DNA of 64,000 nucleotides, from positions 164,300,001 through 164,364,000 of the forward strand of contig NC_086102.1 in NCBI RefSeq assembly GCF_963921235.1. The letters run 5' to 3'. This DNA is from Mobula hypostoma (taxonomy: Eukaryota). The stretch's first letter is position 1. Each line of letters starts with the position of its first letter. Of this stretch, positions 40,017 through 52,224 are shown piece after piece. The notes below the pieces were generated by a model. It saw only the letters and a program-made list of their open reading frames with translations, had not been told where the DNA came from and made no database searches. A program made the translations under genes and the position numbers.

Positions 40017-40470
40017 ACTGCCTTGCAAAAGTAGTCAACCTTTTGTTCACACAAGAGTATTTTAACCAGGGATTTTGATCAATTTAACTGGGAAAATTTT
40101 TTATTTGTGAATCACATACTCCTTTTTTCACAGTCAAGCCCAAAAAAAAACACAGGGAAAGTTATAAAGCATGAAAGACTAAAAATTTAAAAACTGAATT
40201 GTCAGCACTTCGAAAGTATTCATCCCCTTTGCTTGGTACTTAGTTGAACCACCTCTCGAAGCTATTACAACCATTAGCTTTGCACCATGTGATGGAACAA
40301 GATTTACCCATTTCTCTTTGCAAAATTGTTCAAGCTTTGCCAGGTTAGTTTGGGAGTGGCAGTGAACAGCAATCTTGAGGTCTTGACAGAGACGTTCGAT
40401 CAGGTTAAGGTCAGGACTCTGAACTGGGCCACTCAAGGACATCAATTTTCTTCATTTGAAGCAACTCCAT
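40017..40470 (-). mobile_element. Tc1 transposase C-terminal relic
   Basis: QSPDLNLIERL..DLK...ASRGGSTKY; terminal tgccttgcaaaagta. Confidence 0.8.
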
Positions 40471-42369
40471 GGATAATAGTACCCTTATTCATTTTGTGGT
40501 CTTGTGATAATTTTGTTTTTCAGAGCAGTGCCTCAAAACATTTTTTTTAAATCAAGTTTTAAGTTCTAGAATTTGCATTGTCAACATAATTTCACTTTGC
40601 TAATAACACTTCAATGTTTAGGTTGGGAAGCTGTGCTTCAAATATTTGACATTGAATTTTATCCTATAAACTAAACATACACTCGACTGCAATATTAGTT
40701 TTATTCAATGTGAAAAATGCAAATCTTGCATCAAGCTGTTAAATCAAGGACCGAGTCATCTATCCTTTGGTCCAATTAGGCTGTCACTGCTTGAGGAGCA
40801 GAACGTTCTTTTTAGAAACTTAAATGTCTTCCTAAGCAAGCATCACTGAAAACTGGCAAATCAGTGAACACCTTATGGAATTTTGTGTGAGAAATAACTA
40901 TTGCAATTGACCATTTAACACTTGCTGCATTATGTTACAAGTATAATACTTTTTAAGAGCACATTTTTTTTTATTTTGTAAGTTTTTTCTTCACTCCTGA
41001 TGGTGCTGAAACCTTATTTGGCGATATTTGATTCACTGGCACACTGCAACAAATACTTCATCAACTTCTACACAAGGATATTTGGGTTATGAATCATGAC
41101 TGACTGCCTTTTTTTCTCCTTTCCCTAATACAAATGCCATTTATAGTACTTTTGTATCCCTCCAGCTTAAATGACTTGTGTAGGGCAGAGTGGGAGAAAT
41201 GGGAATGCTCTAAGTTCTGGCATAGATTTGATTGGTTGGTTGAATGGTCACTTTTGTTGTCACAAGGAAAATTATGAAAAATATCAAATCCATCATTTCT
41301 CTTATTGGTCAATTCATTCTTCATGCATTCTCTCAAAGCATCAACATACAATGGAGCTTACATTCCTTCCACTTTCACAATCTGTCGACTTTTTAAAATT
41401 TCAAGTAGGCATCATATAATCTTTATTAGTCTTAGTGATCTTGGATTGTGAAGATAATCACCAAATCCAAGATACAGCAGTAATTTGTCAGAACAAGAAA
41501 AAAAGGTAAAATATGTAGAAATTAAAGATATGAAAATGATTTGCATATAACTGAAGACCAATAACATGAAAATAAGGTGATCATTTTCACAGGTTGATTT
41601 TACATTTATTCATCTGATGATCTTCTGCCACAGTGACCTCAAAATTCCATCTGACATGTTATATTAATCAATATAAATGTTATTTTAAGAATGCAAAAGC
41701 ATAATAAATATTTGTAGCATAATTTATTGACCATTAATGGAAAATGTATCTCACTCCTTTAATAAATCAGCTGGCGAATGGCAAACACTTTTTTATTAAA
41801 GTTTTTTTTTTAAAAAGGCTTTATATTATAGGAAGGATGAAGTATTTGAAGGGCAATTGGAGACAACGAGCTGAGAAAGCTATCCTCATTCATCCAAATA
41901 TATACGTTTGTACTATAAAAGAAGTTGAAATTATTGAGAATACTTTATTCCAATTAACTTGGAAGAAAACTGAATGGAGCTGAATGAAGCCAAATAGTTG
42001 CCACCTCCTGATTAACTGCATTGGCATCTTCTGCTGGCATATTAAAAGATTAATGAACTAAAAGTGAAAATCTGAACACCTTTCATCATCTCATCTTTCA
42101 CACAGATGTACATTTTTCACTTTTCATTCTCTTACTCTCATTCTGACATTAATAGCCACTTTTTCAATCACTTTAAATCCAGTCCTACAGGCCTCCATTC
42201 TTGCAAAACCAGTTTCATTTCCAAAATCATTTCCCATTGTTCATGTGCTCCACTCCTCTCCATTTTTTCAGCCTTTATATTCAAATGTCAACCCGTTTTC
42301 TTCACAGCCCCAAGCAAATTGTTAATTTAGAGGAAAAGTCATAGTGTAACTGGGAAAATAATATGATTT

Positions 42370-43000
42370 GAGATTTGGAATCATGGTATAACAACAGCCT
42401 TCAACCCAGCTCATCCATGGTGTCCATCAAGCTAGTCTCATTTGCCTACATTTGGCCTATAGCCCTATATATGCTATCCATGTACTTAAATAAATGACTT
42501 TCAAATATTACTGTTTCTGCCTCAACCACTTTCTCTGGCAAATCATTCCACACATGCACTGCCGTGGTCCCTTCTAAATCTTTCACCTCCAACCTTAAAC
42601 CCATGCCTTCTATTTTTAGTTCCACTTCCCTGGGAAAAAGACAATATGCCATTACCTGTTATAAGCCCTTAGTTATTTTATTTTATAAGGTCACTTTTCA
42701 ATCTCCTATGTACCAAGGAATGAAGTCTGAACCTGCCCAATCTCTCCCTATAACTCAGTGCCTCAAGTCCTGGCAGCATCTTCCTTAATCTTCTCTGCAT
42801 TCTTTCCAATTTAATAATGTCTTTCGTATAATAGGGTAACCAAAACTGTACACAATATTCTAAGCACCAACATTCTGTACACTGCAACATAACATCCAAT
42901 CCCTGAATGCCATGATTATCAGTGAGCTAAATGTCTTCTTCATAGCCCCGTCTACCTGTAATGTCATGCTAGCAAACCATGAACGTGTATTTCATGAAGT
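42370..43000 (-). mobile_element. CR1 3' relic
   Basis: LEYCVQFWLPYY..DIIKLER motif. Confidence 0.8.
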
Positions 43001-43537
43001 CTCTTCTGAAATACTTTTGTAGCGTTACATTTAACTTCCCTTAAGGAAAATCTAGACATTTTATCTCAAGGTATTTTACACAAATGCAGTTTATTCATGG
43101 GAATTTCAAGGTATGCACTCTTTCGATCACTCCCATTATTGAAATAGCAGCACAGGTAAAACCATCATCTTTTTTAATGCAGACACAAGTGAGATAGTCT
43201 TGTTTTTTGGGGACTGTTTACTGGGAAAAAAAAAGTTATTAAGGCTTTGATTCTCAAGCTTTTCCATATCATTTCTTGGTTCTTGGGGCTACATATTTTG
43301 TTAATATCATGGTTTTGTACAATTAAATGAATGAAAACAGGCTAAGGTCATAATAGGATACCTGAATTTGAGAGACTCTACTTTTGTCCAACTTTCTGAA
43401 ATAATATCCTGCCATCTTTTTTATATGATCATTGGCAGCCCAAAATAAATAAACTGTAACTTTGCTATTTTCAATTAGTGTTAAATTGAGATTATTAGAT
43501 ATTAGAATGTTAATTTATTTTTTATTTTTTTCTCTAG

Positions 43538-43652
43538 AAATCCTTCTCTGAAACAGCAGTTGTTCTCGTATGCTATCCTTGGATTTGCCCTATCTGAAGC
43601 TATGGGACTCTTCTGTTTAATGGTCGCTTTTCTCATTTTATTTGCTATGTAA
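43538..43652 (+). CDS. ATP5MC3: ATP5MC last coding exon: (R)[37 protein letters not shown]
   Basis: T-rich tract and ctag acceptor; phase matches exon 3; includes the proton-carrying Glu; TAA at 43650-43652. Spliced CDS 42+78+200+115=435 nt (144 aa). Confidence 0.97.
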
Positions 43653-43765
43653 AATTATATTGAATGGGAAGAATGGTCTAAATATGTGCAAATGTAATTA
43701 TTTCATTGGCTGTCATTGATGTTGGAGTTCATAAAGCATATGCTTCACATCTTTTATCATGTTTC

Positions 43766-43854
43766 AATAAATCCATATACTAGTAAAACTTTTTTTTGCT
43801 TGAGAGTGCAAGTGCATAACATATTAGATGATTACTATGGATATGTAAAATAAA
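43766..43854 (+). terminator. ATP5MC polyadenylation signals (AATAAA at 43766-43771 and 43849-43854)
   Basis: Two canonical hexamers ~115 and ~200 nt after the stop; T-rich stretch follows the first. Confidence 0.65.
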
Positions 43855-43871
43855 TTTATTTAATGAAGCAA

Positions 43872-44098
43872 CAAACAAGAGGAAATCAGCAGATGCTGGA
43901 AATCCAAGAAACACACACAAAATGCTGGAGGAACTCAGCAGGCCAAGCAGCATCTATTGAAAAAAGTACAGTCAATGTTTCAGGCCGAGACCCTTCCTGC
44001 AGTCCTGCCGAAGGCTTTCGGCCCAAAATGTCGATTTTACTTTTTTTTTCCCATAGATGCTGCTTGGCCTGCTGAGTTCCTCCAGCATTCTGTGTGCG
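43872..44098. mobile_element. Fold-back Penelope terminal derivative with 16-bp TSD
   Basis: ttatttaatgaagcaa at 43856-43871 and 44099-44114; inverted arms meet at hammerhead relics. Confidence 0.88.
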
Positions 44099-44639
44099 TT
44101 ATTTAATGAAGCAATTTGAAGTACAATATTGTTAGTATAGATTTAAAATGAGACTCTGAATTTCTTTGTTTTGAAGAAGTGAGATGCCAGGTGGACTCTA
44201 GTGAACTAAGGTGTTAAAACATTTGGAAGGTGAGGCACTTACAAAAGCTCACTGCATGAATGAAGATTGTTAGATCTTAGAGTATAGTATTAGGACCACC
44301 ATTCTTAAATTTCCACAGTTTTGCATTTAAAAGCACAGTGCAAATTATTAATCAGCTTTCAACTTCCTCCATTGTTTTATCCATAGAGATTGTTATTTTA
44401 AGATCTTATGCAAGGGTGGGGGGAGGTAAGGTTTCAACCATCAGAAACTAAATTTAATGCAAAAATCAAGAAGATGTATTTTCCATAAAGATGTTCAAAA
44501 ATAGCTGTGAGAAAGGAGGAGTATCTTAATAGGGTCTGTGCTCAAGTACCCAAATGTATTGCAAAAGCATTAAGAAGAATTAAAAACTAAATCAAAAAGA
44601 TGAAGTAATCAGAAGTCACCGGAAATCGATAACATGTCA

Positions 44640-45150
44640 GATAGATAGAACAAGAGAGCACAGGAACAAACCCTTCAGCTCACAATGCCAATCTAAACTC
44701 ACTCTATATCCCTCTATTCCTTGCCTGTTCACATATTTGTCTAAATGCTGCTTAAACAATGCTATCATATCTGTTTCTACCACATATCCTGGTAGTGTGT
44801 TCTGGACACCTACAATCCTGTTTTGTTTTTAGAAAAAAGCATCATGTCTTCATCACAATTTGCTCTTTTCATCTTAAACCTATGGCTTCTTGTATTTTAC
44901 ATTTTCGTCCTGTTAAAAAGACTCACCATCCATCCTACCCCAATTTTACATACTGTAGTTCTATCAGTTTGCCCCTCAGCCTACCTCCAAAGAAAACAAT
45001 TCAAGTATGTCCATTTTATATCTAATACCTTCTAATCTAAGCAACATCCTAGTGACCCTCTTCTCCCTCTGAAGTAGCTACATCTTTCCTGCAATGTAGC
45101 AGCCAGAATTGAACACTGTATTCCAAACAGGTTAGATAGAACTGCAAAGG
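44640..45150 (-). mobile_element. CR1 3' relic
   Basis: Decayed CR1 tail and RT C-terminal sequence. Confidence 0.6.
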
Positions 45151-46249
45151 AAAGCAAGTTGATATCACTTCAAACATGGAGCTGAGTTATAAGGAAAAAA
45201 GTTCAGGAAAGTTCCTTTGGCCAAGGGTCAAATTACATTTTGGCTGTCAAAACATAACAAATTTCGGCAGAGTAATGCCTACTCCAACAAATCAATCAGA
45301 ACAGAGTATAGGAAAATATCTAATTGATTTTAAAAGGTTTCTTTTGGTTTAATGTAACTGGACTAAACCAGTAAACTGAAGTGTGACCGCAAAATTCAGT
45401 CTCACGAGAGTGAATATCAAGGGCATGAAGATGTCGTTTAACTTGGCAGAGGAAGCGAAAGAAGCTCTGAAATCATCGGTGCTGGGAGATATGGAAGAAG
45501 GCCCTGGGCAAAGTCCACACGCCCCTCGGGAGGAGATAGAACTGCATTAAGAGCTCGGACCAGCCTGTATGCGCAACCTAACAGGCACGGGCAGTTAACG
45601 TCCTAGGTGTGAAGCTTTCTGGTTATTCTTTTATCGGAAAGTCATTCGTTGCACTTTTGTATTTAGTCAATTAAGGGGCCAATTTGTTTCCGACTATTAC
45701 AGGTCAGAGTTTTAAGGTAATGGCTCAGTTAACTTGTTAGTACAAGGATAACATGGTAAGGTGATAAAAGTCCACCTAGATTTACTTTTTATCTTTTGCT
45801 TTCTAAGGTGATACTCAATATACCCAAATGTCATACTTCATAAAGAATGACACTGAAAAACAGCAGTTTGTTCTGAATAACTTTAGAACGTTATGTCTCC
45901 AGTAGACTTGATTATGTTCCTGGGCACCAGATAAGATGTCACTGGCACCATCACTACGCGACGGTCTATTAAAGCAACAGTTTTTCGCAAGAGTGCTGTT
46001 GGGGTCTTGATTGTAATATACTATATTTGTGACGGAAATGGTTTTAATTATATAGGTTAATGGGTTTGTCCAGGTTTTTTTTTCTTGCCCCTTTGATATG
46101 ATTGTCTATGAGAACTGCTTTGCCTTTCTAATTTGTTGGTGCTAGAGGGGGGCGGTTAATGTTAATGTTCAGTGTCTGACATTGCTAAGTGACACTCACA
46201 GATGTTAAAGTAAAGGGTTGAATGGGGGGGGTGGGAAGGGGGTAACTCA

Positions 46250-46740
46250 GGGCTCCTCCAGCAACTTACAACAACAGATCCAGGGGAAGATGAGCATCAC
46301 AGATAAATTAGAAACATCTTCTAAATGATGACTCCCACCTTTCCCTTACGGGAAAAAAACACGCAAAGTCTGGCTGGCAGACCTGACTGCAGCTAAGAAG
46401 ATTGTAGTCCAGCATTGGAAACCTCCCCATGATATTTCAAATACTCACTGACTTCGGAGCTTTTGGACATTTCTTACCTGGAACTTACATCAACTTACAA
46501 ACACAATCTTAATGTGGACAAATTTGATAATCTAACTTAAAAGATCTTTTGTTAAAATAGGAATGCTGTGTCTGTGTATGCACTACTATTCAGTTGGTTG
46601 GTGGGGGGGGAGAGGGGTGGAGGGGGGATGGTGATGAAGGTTGGGGGGTGGCTGGGTTAAACAGTCAAAATATAATTGGCAATTGGTTGTATTGAATGTA
46701 ATTTGTTGGTGTTGCAATAAAAAATTAATAATTTAAAAAA
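46250..46740 (+). mobile_element. L1-like LINE 3' end
   Basis: LTAAKKIVVQHWK relic, G-rich 3'UTR, AATAAA and A-rich tail. Confidence 0.65.
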
Positions 46741-47229
46741 ATTCACTCTCACCTATCAGATAAAGCCAAGAGATTGCAGGTGCGTGAATACCGAGTGGGG
46801 GAAAACACACTTGTGGAACTCAGTATATCAAGCACCTGGACCGTGTTGCAGGGTCTCGAATCGAAACCCTTGATAGACGCTGCTTGACCAGTTGAGTTCT
46901 TCCAAGGAAGAATGTCTTTTGAAATCAGAACTCTCCAAAATTCACAACTGCCATCATTTTAAACGCACCTTTCATTTCACTTTTCCCACTGAACTGACCC
47001 TGCAGACCACTCAACTTCCTGACCCATATGCAAGTTGATCTAAAATTTTATCCCCGTGAGTGCCGATCTCAACTTCCTCTCGTGTGTTACTACTTTTCCC
47101 GCATCACACGCACAAAAAAAACAAATTTTAACCCTATTAACCTATCCCTCAGCAAGCTGCCTACTCCTGACTTTTGTATCCTCTCCGCCGATGCACTTTC
47201 TTGCCAGGTTTCCCACTGAAAATAAGGAG

Positions 47230-47830
47230 AGAGGCATGTAACGCCGGCACGAAGTAGTTTCCCATCACCTTCCTGTTGAATTTCCGTCTCCACCTTTGCT
47301 TGCCTTAGTTTGATATAATGGGACGGTGTGGGAGCGATACTTGAAGAACTGCAGGAGTGGAGTCTGCGCAGAGACCTCTCCGGCGGCCGCCGCCGTCACG
47401 TGATTTTCGTGACGCACGGCGCCGAGCCTCGCGATTTCTGGCCCGATCTCGCACGATTGGTAGTGAGTAGGAATTAGCCCCTGTGGTAAGTTTGTAAACA
47501 ACGTTAAACGGAGATTGTGATGGCTCGTTCAGCTGTCAGAAATGATCGGAGTGCCGTTTATTTTGGGAATTAATTCAGGTGGCGGTCGTGTCGGTAGTGC
47601 TCGGGTGTTTTGCGGGTGGGTGTGTTCGCAGACCTTATTCGTTAATATGGCGACGCTCCCCGGCCGTCGTGTCCTGGGGTGGGATCGAGATGCTCTCAAC
47701 TGCATCGGGTTCGTGATCGAGCTCATTCCATTCCGAGAATCAAGTGTTGCACACAATTTCGAAGTACCCAGCTTTGATCAGCAGGGAGTGACCTTGGTCT
47801 GATTTTTGATCGTGGTGGACACGTTTGTAT
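47230..47830 (+). promoter_or_regulatory. CpG-island promoter and probable non-coding exon 1 of a third gene (candidate ATF2/ATF7/CREB5 family by synteny only)
   Basis: CpG-rich; GTCACGTGA E-box (47395-47403), TGACGCA CRE-like site (~47410), CTCGCGA/TCTCGC motifs, candidate donor TG|GTAAGT at 47486. No coding exon identified downstream in the window. Confidence 0.7.
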
Positions 47831-49724
47831 GAGTTGAATGGTCTACGATATTGACAGTCTGGCCTATACCCCATTTCACAACAGGCAGCTAGTACCCCTC
47901 TTCAGTATCACTTTACAGCAGCTTGCCCAGTGATGTTGTAGCCTTTTAGGTTACATCTAAGTTTATTATCGTACTTAACTGCTCCGCTCAAAACAAAATG
48001 ATTGCTGGTAACGATATAGCTAGATTGGGTACATGAGGAGAACATAAGTAGGGCCAGTGGTATGTATTTCTTGCTTCATGAAGTGTATTTTTAACGTGGA
48101 GGTATTTCATTCTGTAAACTAAATGTTTTATTGCTGGGATTTTTTATAGGCTAGATTTAAAGAAGACTAGGGAAAAGGTACATTGTAATGCCTAGTGTAG
48201 TATCTAAAATTATGTAAATAATAGAAGGAAGCAAATGCAGAGGATTTCGTTTTTTAAAAAACCCTTGGATAAACTGCAGACGAATGGTTATGAAGTGGAA
48301 GCAGTGAAATAGAAGAGAAGTAAGGAGCATATGTGAAACTAAGATTAAGCAAGGAAAAGCACTTTGGCACAACAATGAGCAGGTAACATAATACAAAGTA
48401 AAGAGTACGTAGGAGAGGTCATAAAAATTCTCTGAACGTTGGAACAATATTGGAGTCTGATATATATGTATATACATGAACTTGGTTTTTGCTTTGAAGA
48501 GAAAAGCATGTATGAAAAGAAGTAAATTTGTTGGTGCAACAGTATAGAAACTGCAGTTTAAGTTCTAAGTAGGTAGTGGAATTTAATATTTATGAAAAGA
48601 CAAGGATAATAGCTTAAGACATAAGGTGCAACAATCCTTTAACTCTAAATTTTAATTACTGGAGATCATGAGGGTTTTGAAGAATTAAAAATATTTTTGC
48701 TGCCTTTGAGGAAATCATAATATAACAAAGAGGACTGGTTGCAAGTACTAAATTCTAAAGGAAAATATAACGTGTATTTTAAAATCCAACTATTGGGTTG
48801 GAATAATGAATGGAAGTTTTGCAGGTTTGAAATGGGAGAAAGAACAGCCCAGGAAATCTCTTGCTTTAAAGGATAGGTTAAAGGAGAATTACTTTTTTTT
48901 AAATCACAAATGGTGATGGAAAGGAAACAGAGGGAGACTTAAAATATATTTAGAAAAGAGACCATATAGTGTGGTACATTTTGAATAGCAAAATGTTAAA
49001 TTTTGTTAAAAACTCATAGTGATTTACTGATGGATAATTAACCAGAATGCTTGCTTTCATATGACTTTACAGGAGTATACGATAGAGCATGTTCTTTGAG
49101 ATCATTGCTGACATGTAACCCAATTCCATTGGCCTGCATTGAACCTATAACCTTTCCTACTTTTCATTAGCAAACATGAAATAGACTTAGATTTTAAATT
49201 AACAATTGACTCAAGTAACATTTGTAGAAGGAAGTTTAAACATTTGTATCACATTTAATATTTTGAAATATTTCCTAATTTCAGTTCTGAAAGGCTTGAA
49301 TATTTAGATTATGTTCACTGATCCAACAAAAATTGTTCCTCAATACTCTATCAGTTCCAAGGAATAACCTGAAAACACAAAGTGCTATTTAACCTTCTAC
49401 GTTCTTCCAAATTCTAATTGTGCTTTAAATTACTGTTTCTTAAATTATTTCAAGCTATAAGCTTAAGAGCTGGCAAAAAGTATATTAAATACAGGATGTG
49501 TGTTTACTGCTGCTATTGAAATCGATATGCTGATTGTTTTGTGCAGCTAAGTGCAGTTAAAATAACCAATTAAATGCATTTGTTGTGCCAACGATTTTTG
49601 ACACTTTTGGTATTTGCAACAGTTTGCATCACGTTACTATATTGAATTAAGAATAATCCGAAATAGGAAAAATTCTTAAATTGGGAACGGGATAGGTTAA
49701 AGAGAAGGTTGTGTATATCAGGAG

Positions 49725-50750
49725 ACCAGAAACACTGCAGATGCTGGAAATCTGTAGTGACACACAAAATGCTAGAGGAACTCAGTGCCTCAGACTGCAC
49801 CTATGGAGGGAAATGGAGTTGATGTTTTGGGTTGAGGACTCTTCTTTGAACTGGAAAGAAAGTGGAGCCAGTATAAGTGGTTTGGGGGAGAAGATGGGCC
49901 AAGTGCTGGTGGTAATAGGTGAATCCAGACAGGAAGGGGAAGATAAGCAGCTGTGGGATGTAGGAATGAGGTAAGAAGCTTGGAAATGATATGTGGAAGT
50001 GACAGAGGGCTGAAGAAGATGAAATCCCACAGAAGAGGACAGTGGATCATCAAATAAAGGGAAGAAGGTGAGGAGAGGAGCTGGCTGGAGTAATGTGTGA
50101 GTGATGAGCAGATTGAGAGGGCAGGGAAGGAGAAAGAGAAGGGGTATAAGGGCCTCATTGGAATCACTTTCCATTTCACACCATCTTCAGTGTCCTTTGT
50201 ATCCAGGCATAACAGGGATAGAGTTCCCCTTGTCCTCACCTACTGTTTCTCGGGCCTCTGTATCTACATATTATTCTTCACAACTTCTGTTATTTCAAAC
50301 TTGATCCCATCACCAAGCATATCTTCCTCTTCCTTATCTCCACTTTCTGCAGGGGTACACTCTCTGTGACTCATTTGTCTGCTCATCCCTTCCACTGATT
50401 TCTCCCTCCAGGCACATAGCCCTGCAACTGTGTTAAGTGTTACTCCTGCCCCAATCAGTCCCCTAAATGGTCTTTCCACATTAGACAGTTCTTCACTTGT
50501 GAATCCATCAGTAACATTTATTGCATCTGATGCTCCAGTGCAGCCTCCTCTATATCAGTGAGACCGAGCACAGATTGAGGGATGACTTCATCAAGCGTCT
50601 TTGCCCTGTTTCCACTTCCCATTCCCATACTAATATGACTGATGCAATTTCCTCTACTGCCAAGTTGAGGCCAGATGCAGATTAAGGGAATATCACCTTG
50701 TACTCTACCCTGGTAGTCTTCAACCTGGTGGCATAGACATCAATTTCTAC
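49725..50750. mobile_element. Older Penelope-like element, inverted arrangement (terminal part on minus, RT C-terminus/GIY-YIG relic on plus)
   Basis: RHNRDRVPLVLTY and atttattgcatc...ctcctctatatcagtgagacc match the 14-15 kb copy; 49725-50160 is the reversed terminal region. Confidence 0.8.
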
Positions 50751-51359
50751 CCCCCCCCCAACCTGTCCCTTCTGTTCCTCCCCCCACCCCAATGTTCCAT
50801 TGTTTTCCCTTACACCTGCCATATTTACCCAATTTCCCCTAGGGATCAATAAAGTATGTCTATCTATCTATCGATCTATCTATCTATTTTTAATGTGTTT
50901 TTTGCATGTATAAAACTTGTTTCTGTTTTGAGGTGGTACTTTTGAAATTTTGTGACTTTGAGTTCTGTATAGTCCACGTTTAATGGATCCTGCTGGGATT
51001 CTTAAATGCAGAAGGTAGTAGTAGATCTGGGATATTTTTCAGATATTTAACTCTTAATGAAAATGAACTTTTTTCATATGTGGTGATAAGGTCAGTGACC
51101 TGAATTGTTAACCGTTTCATTCTTCAATGCTGCCTGACTTCTTGAATATTTCCATTATTTTCTGTTTCTATTTCAGAATTCAGCATCTGTTACTTTTGCT
51201 TTTTGATTGATTGGTCTGGGCAACAGGAATGCTAGAAAATGTATCTTTTGCTAAAAAATATATGCTTCGTTCTTCTACGTACAGTTGGTGACATTGTTGA
51301 CCATTGTTTTACCAGCTCCCAAAATTCCTAGTATATAAAGGCCTCGTATATGCAGATCT

Positions 51360-52190
51360 TGAACAAGCAAGTTTGTAGGAAAGCAAGTTCAGAATAGCCT
51401 GAATTCTTTGTGGCAGTGGATTCAACAAGGTGCTGGAAGCATTTCTTGGAGATTCTAAGGGATCTAATGTGTGCTGAAAAATATTCCCCACACCATTACA
51501 CCACCAGCAGTTTGGACATTGACACAAGGAAGGATTAATCCATGAATTCATGTTGTTTATGCCAGATTCTGACCCAACTATCTGCATGTTGCAGCAGAAA
51601 TCAAGTTTCTTCAGACCAGATGATGTTTTTCCAATCTTAATCTATCCGGTTTTGGTGAACCTGTGCCCACTGTGTAGCCTCAGTTTCTTGTTCTTAGCTG
51701 ACAGGAGTGGAACCTGTTATGTCTTCTGCTGCTGTAGTCCATCCACTTCAGAGTTTGATGTGTTGTGTGTTCGGAAAAGCTCTTCTGCACACCACCATTG
51801 TAATGCATGGTTATTTGGGTTACTGTCACCTTGTCAGCTCAAACTAGTCTTGCCATTCTCCTCTGTCATTTCTTATTAACAAGGTATTTTCTCCCATAGA
51901 ACTGCTGCTCACTGGATGTTTAAACTTTAGAGACTGTATAAAAATTCTCTGAAGATTGGTAGTTTCTGAGATGCTCAAACTGCCCTGTCTGTCACCAACA
52001 ACCATTCTGCAGTCAGTCACTTAGTTCATATTTCTTCCTCAATCTGATGTTTGGACTGAACAACAACTGAACCTCTTGACCATGTCTGCATGTTTTTATG
52101 CATTGAATTAGCACATGATTGGCTGATTAGATATTTACATTAACAAGCAGGTATACAAGTGTGCTTAATAAAGTGGTCATTGAATATATA
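51360..52190 (-). mobile_element. Tc1-like transposon relic, same family as 24783-25332
   Basis: Reverse-complement similarity, TIR aataaagtggtcattga at right end, transposase remnants. Confidence 0.75.
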
Positions 52191-52224
52191 TTAATGTCTT
52201 GTTGATAGTGAAATTACAGTGAAT

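Noticed and set aside
47542-47802. ORF in third CpG island as UBE2Z or other coding exon
   Set aside because: No similarity to the UBE2Z N-terminus; lies downstream of the candidate splice donor.
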